DNA of 43,731 nucleotides. Origin: a virus. Below the pieces are notes generated by a model, which made no database searches, was not told the origin of the DNA, and was given only the letters and a program-made list of their open reading frames with translations. Made by a program: the position numbers and the translations under genes. Where the stretch lies: the IMG/VR virus record IMGVR_UViG_3300045988_034292, positions 1 to 43,731 of that record; one strand, given 5' to 3'. Below, piece after piece: positions 41,738 to 43,731 of this stretch (its first letter is position 1; every line of letters begins with the position of its first letter).

Positions 41738-42889
41738 TTGCCGATATTTAATTTAGCAACCGAAAGCCCACCGAGCAATCAAGGGGGCTTTTTTGATATC
41801 ACTGATCCAGAGTTTTTAGCTACCTTGAATGGTAGTGAGTGGGTTTCAGCTGAAACTGCTCTTAAAAACTCGGACCTATTCTCTATTATCAGTCAGCTAT
41901 CCAACGACCTTGCGACAGCTAAGCTAACGACCAGCCGAAAACAAATGCAAGGTATCGTGGATAACCCATCAAACAACGCTAACCGCTTCAATTTCTATCA
42001 GTCTATCTTTGCTCAAATGTTATTGGGCGGGGAAGCCTTTGCATATCGCTGGCGAAACGACAACGGGCGTGATATGAAGTGGGAGTATTTGAGACCATCT
42101 CAAGTCTCTTTCAACCGATTGGATAATCAGAATGGGCTTTATTACAACATCACATTTGATGATCCACGTATTCCACCAAAACAACACGTTCCTCAAAGCG
42201 ATATCTTACACTTTAGATTGCTATCAGTGGACGGTGGTCTTACAAGCGTAAGCCCATTGATGGCTCTTGGTAGAGAATTGGATATTCAAAAAGCCAGTGA
42301 TAAACTAACGCTTAACTCTCTTAAAAACGCCCTAAATGCTAATGGTATTTTGAAGATTAAGGGCGGTGGTTTGCTCGATTTCAAAACCAAGGTCTCACGC
42401 TCTCGACAAGCGATGAAGCAAATGCAAGGCGGTCCGTTGGTGCTGGATGATTTAGAGGATTTCACGCCTCTTGAAATTAAATCCAACGTGGCCCAACTAC
42501 TTAAGCAAGCGGACTGGACGACCGGACAATTTGCGAAAGTCTACGGTATCCCAGAAAACGTTGTCGGCGGTCAAGGTGACCAACAATCTTCACTAGAAAT
42601 GAGCTCTAACGTGTACTCTAAAGCGGTAGCACGTTATTTAAGACCATTTCTTAGTGAATTATCTCAGAAACTTTCATGCGATGTGGACGCAGATATTTTT
42701 CCAGCGGTTGATCCGACTGGTGCTAACTATATCAGCCGTATCAATAGCATGGTCAAAAGTGGCACACTCGCACAGAATCAAGGCTTGTATATTTTGCAAC
42801 AAGCTGAGATTTTACCTAAAGAGTTGCCAGAGGGTAAGAACCCTAATAGGACCACATTGAAAGGAGGTGAGATAAATGGGCAAGATTGA
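41738..42889 (+). CDS. Portal protein (HK97 family-like)
   Basis: 383 aa with a TTG start 9 nt after aaggagg. It lies between terL and the prohead protease. Confidence 0.8.
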   Translation: MPIFNLATESPPSNQGGFFDITDPEFLATLNGSEWVSAETALKNSDLFSIISQLSNDLATAKLTTSRKQMQGIVDNPSNNANRFNFYQSIFAQMLLGGEAFAYRWRNDNGRDMKWEYLRPSQVSFNRLDNQNGLYYNITFDDPRIPPKQHVPQSDILHFRLLSVDGGLTSVSPLMALGRELDIQKASDKLTLNSLKNALNANGILKIKGGGLLDFKTKVSRSRQAMKQMQGGPLVLDDLEDFTPLEIKSNVAQLLKQADWTTGQFAKVYGIPENVVGGQGDQQSSLEMSSNVYSKAVARYLRPFLSELSQKLSCDVDADIFPAVDPTGANYISRINSMVKSGTLAQNQGLYILQQAEILPKELPEGKNPNRTTLKGGEINGQD

Positions 42890-43544
42890 TATTAAAGGCG
42901 ACATTGTGAGTGATGACGCTGGAGCATTCTATGAATACTTTGGTATGTCTAGTACCTATCCTAAACTGGTACAAGAAGCCATCGCTAACGACGAAGACGA
43001 AGAAATAACGCTTAATATAGCGTCAAACGGTGGCGATGTGTTCGCTGCAAGCGAAATTTATACAATGCTTAAGGCTAGTGGCAAGCGTATTGTGGTTAAT
43101 GTGCAAGGACTTGCGGCTAGTGCTGCGAGTGTCATTTCTATGGCTGGCGATACCGTGCGTATCAGTCCAACGGCGCATATTATGATTCATAAAGCGTCTA
43201 CTGGTATCGTTGGTAATAGCGATGACCTAGAACATCAATCAGCGGTATTGAATAGTATTGACGAATCTATTGCTTTGGCGTACGAGATGAAAACTGGGCT
43301 TAAACAGCCAGAATTGTTAGATCTCATGGCTAAAGAGACATGGCTTAATGCTAAAACTGCTGTCGATAAAGGCTTTGCGGATGAAATCATGTTCTTTGAT
43401 AACGACGAAGAAGAAATCATGGTTACTAATGCAGTGCATCAACTACCAAGCAAATCAGCAATCACTAAATTTAAGAATATGATTGCTACCCCTAAAACCA
43501 ATTCATTGCGTGAGCAAAAATTGGCGATTTTACTTGAAAAATGA
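42876..43544 (+). CDS. ClpP-like prohead serine protease
   Basis: 222 aa. It contains NIASNGGDVFAASEIY and GLAASAASVISMAGD...MIHKAS (ClpP/S14-like Ser and His contexts). It overlaps the portal 3' end. Confidence 0.85.
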   Translation: MGKIDIKGDIVSDDAGAFYEYFGMSSTYPKLVQEAIANDEDEEITLNIASNGGDVFAASEIYTMLKASGKRIVVNVQGLAASAASVISMAGDTVRISPTAHIMIHKASTGIVGNSDDLEHQSAVLNSIDESIALAYEMKTGLKQPELLDLMAKETWLNAKTAVDKGFADEIMFFDNDEEEIMVTNAVHQLPSKSAITKFKNMIATPKTNSLREQKLAILLEK

Positions 43545-43558
43545 AAGGAAGATGATTG

Positions 43559-43731
43559 ATGAAAACATCAAACGAATTGCATGACCTTTGGATTGCACAA
43601 GGCGACAAGGTCGAAAATCTTAATGAAAAACTTAACGTAGCCATGCTTGATGATTCAGTAACCGCTGAAGAATTGCAAGCAATCAAAAACGAACGTGACA
43701 CTGCTAAAATGAAACGTGACATGTTCAAAGA
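43559..43731 (+). CDS. Major capsid protein, 5' part (continues at base 56 of the window, equivalent to base 1-55 overlap, ending at 1073)
   Basis: ATG 43559, 8 nt after gaaaggaag. MKTSNELHDLWIAQGDKVENLNEKLNVAMLDDSVTAEELQAIKNERDTAKMKRDMFK is in phase with the ORF at 33-1073. Confidence 0.8.
   Translation, partial: MKTSNELHDLWIAQGDKVENLNEKLNVAMLDDSVTAEELQAIKNERDTAKMKRDMFK
43677..43731. repeat. Terminal 55-bp direct repeat, copy 2
   Basis: Exact copy of bases 1-55, lying inside the capsid reading frame. Confidence 0.95.

Larger units (their letters stand above)
1..43676. mobile_element. Complete genome unit of a temperate cos-type siphovirus/prophage (Streptococcus-like host inferred), circularly closed
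   Basis: All modules are present in canonical order: structural, lysis, attP/int, CI/Cro switch, replication, recombination, HNH-TerS-TerL-portal-protease-capsid. The capsid gene is split by the window ends. The last 55 bp equal the first 55 bp. Confidence 0.85.

Overview
The window holds one complete, circularly closed genome of a temperate cos-type siphovirus or prophage. Its unit length is about 43,676 bp, because bases 43677-43731 repeat bases 1-55 exactly. The gene content resembles Streptococcus and other low-GC Firmicutes phages. All function calls come from motif recognition by eye on the supplied translations; no database search was run.

Gene order, starting at the wrap point:
- Head and neck: HK97-type major capsid (the gene crosses the window junction) and head-tail adaptors.
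- Tail: major tail protein, a tail chaperone with a canonical -1 frameshift, a 1654-aa tape measure carrying CHAP and lytic transglycosylase domains, Dit, a 1444-aa Tal/host-specificity protein with collagen-like repeats, and a second fibre/RBP-like protein.
- Lysis: two holins, three small fibre-like genes, and a CHAP+GH25 endolysin.
- attP region.
- Leftward lysogeny module: integrase, ImmA-like protease, two unknown genes and a CI-like repressor.
- Cro-like switch and early genes, which include an LPXTG surface protein.
- Replication: replisome organiser/DnaD with iterons, and a DnaC-like loader.
- Recombination: RecT/Bet-like protein, DUF1351-like protein, SSB and RusA.
- A run of small genes, a frameshifted HTH-MazG gene, an orphan C5 methyltransferase and a late regulator.
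- Packaging: HNH, a putative cos site, TerS, an inserted divergent cassette, TerL, portal and ClpP-like protease.

No rRNA, CRISPR array or complete tRNA was seen.

Best candidates for undescribed biology:
1. An autonomous cassette between terS and terL (RHH protein plus zinc-ribbon/PD-(D/E)XK-like nuclease), driven by back-to-back consensus promoters.
2. Two unknown genes co-transcribed with the repressor, lying between CI and its ImmA-like protease.
3. A phage-borne LPXTG adhesin-like gene.
4. A lone leftward gene with its own extended -10 promoter inside the early operon.
5. A tRNA-like acceptor/T-arm minihelix.
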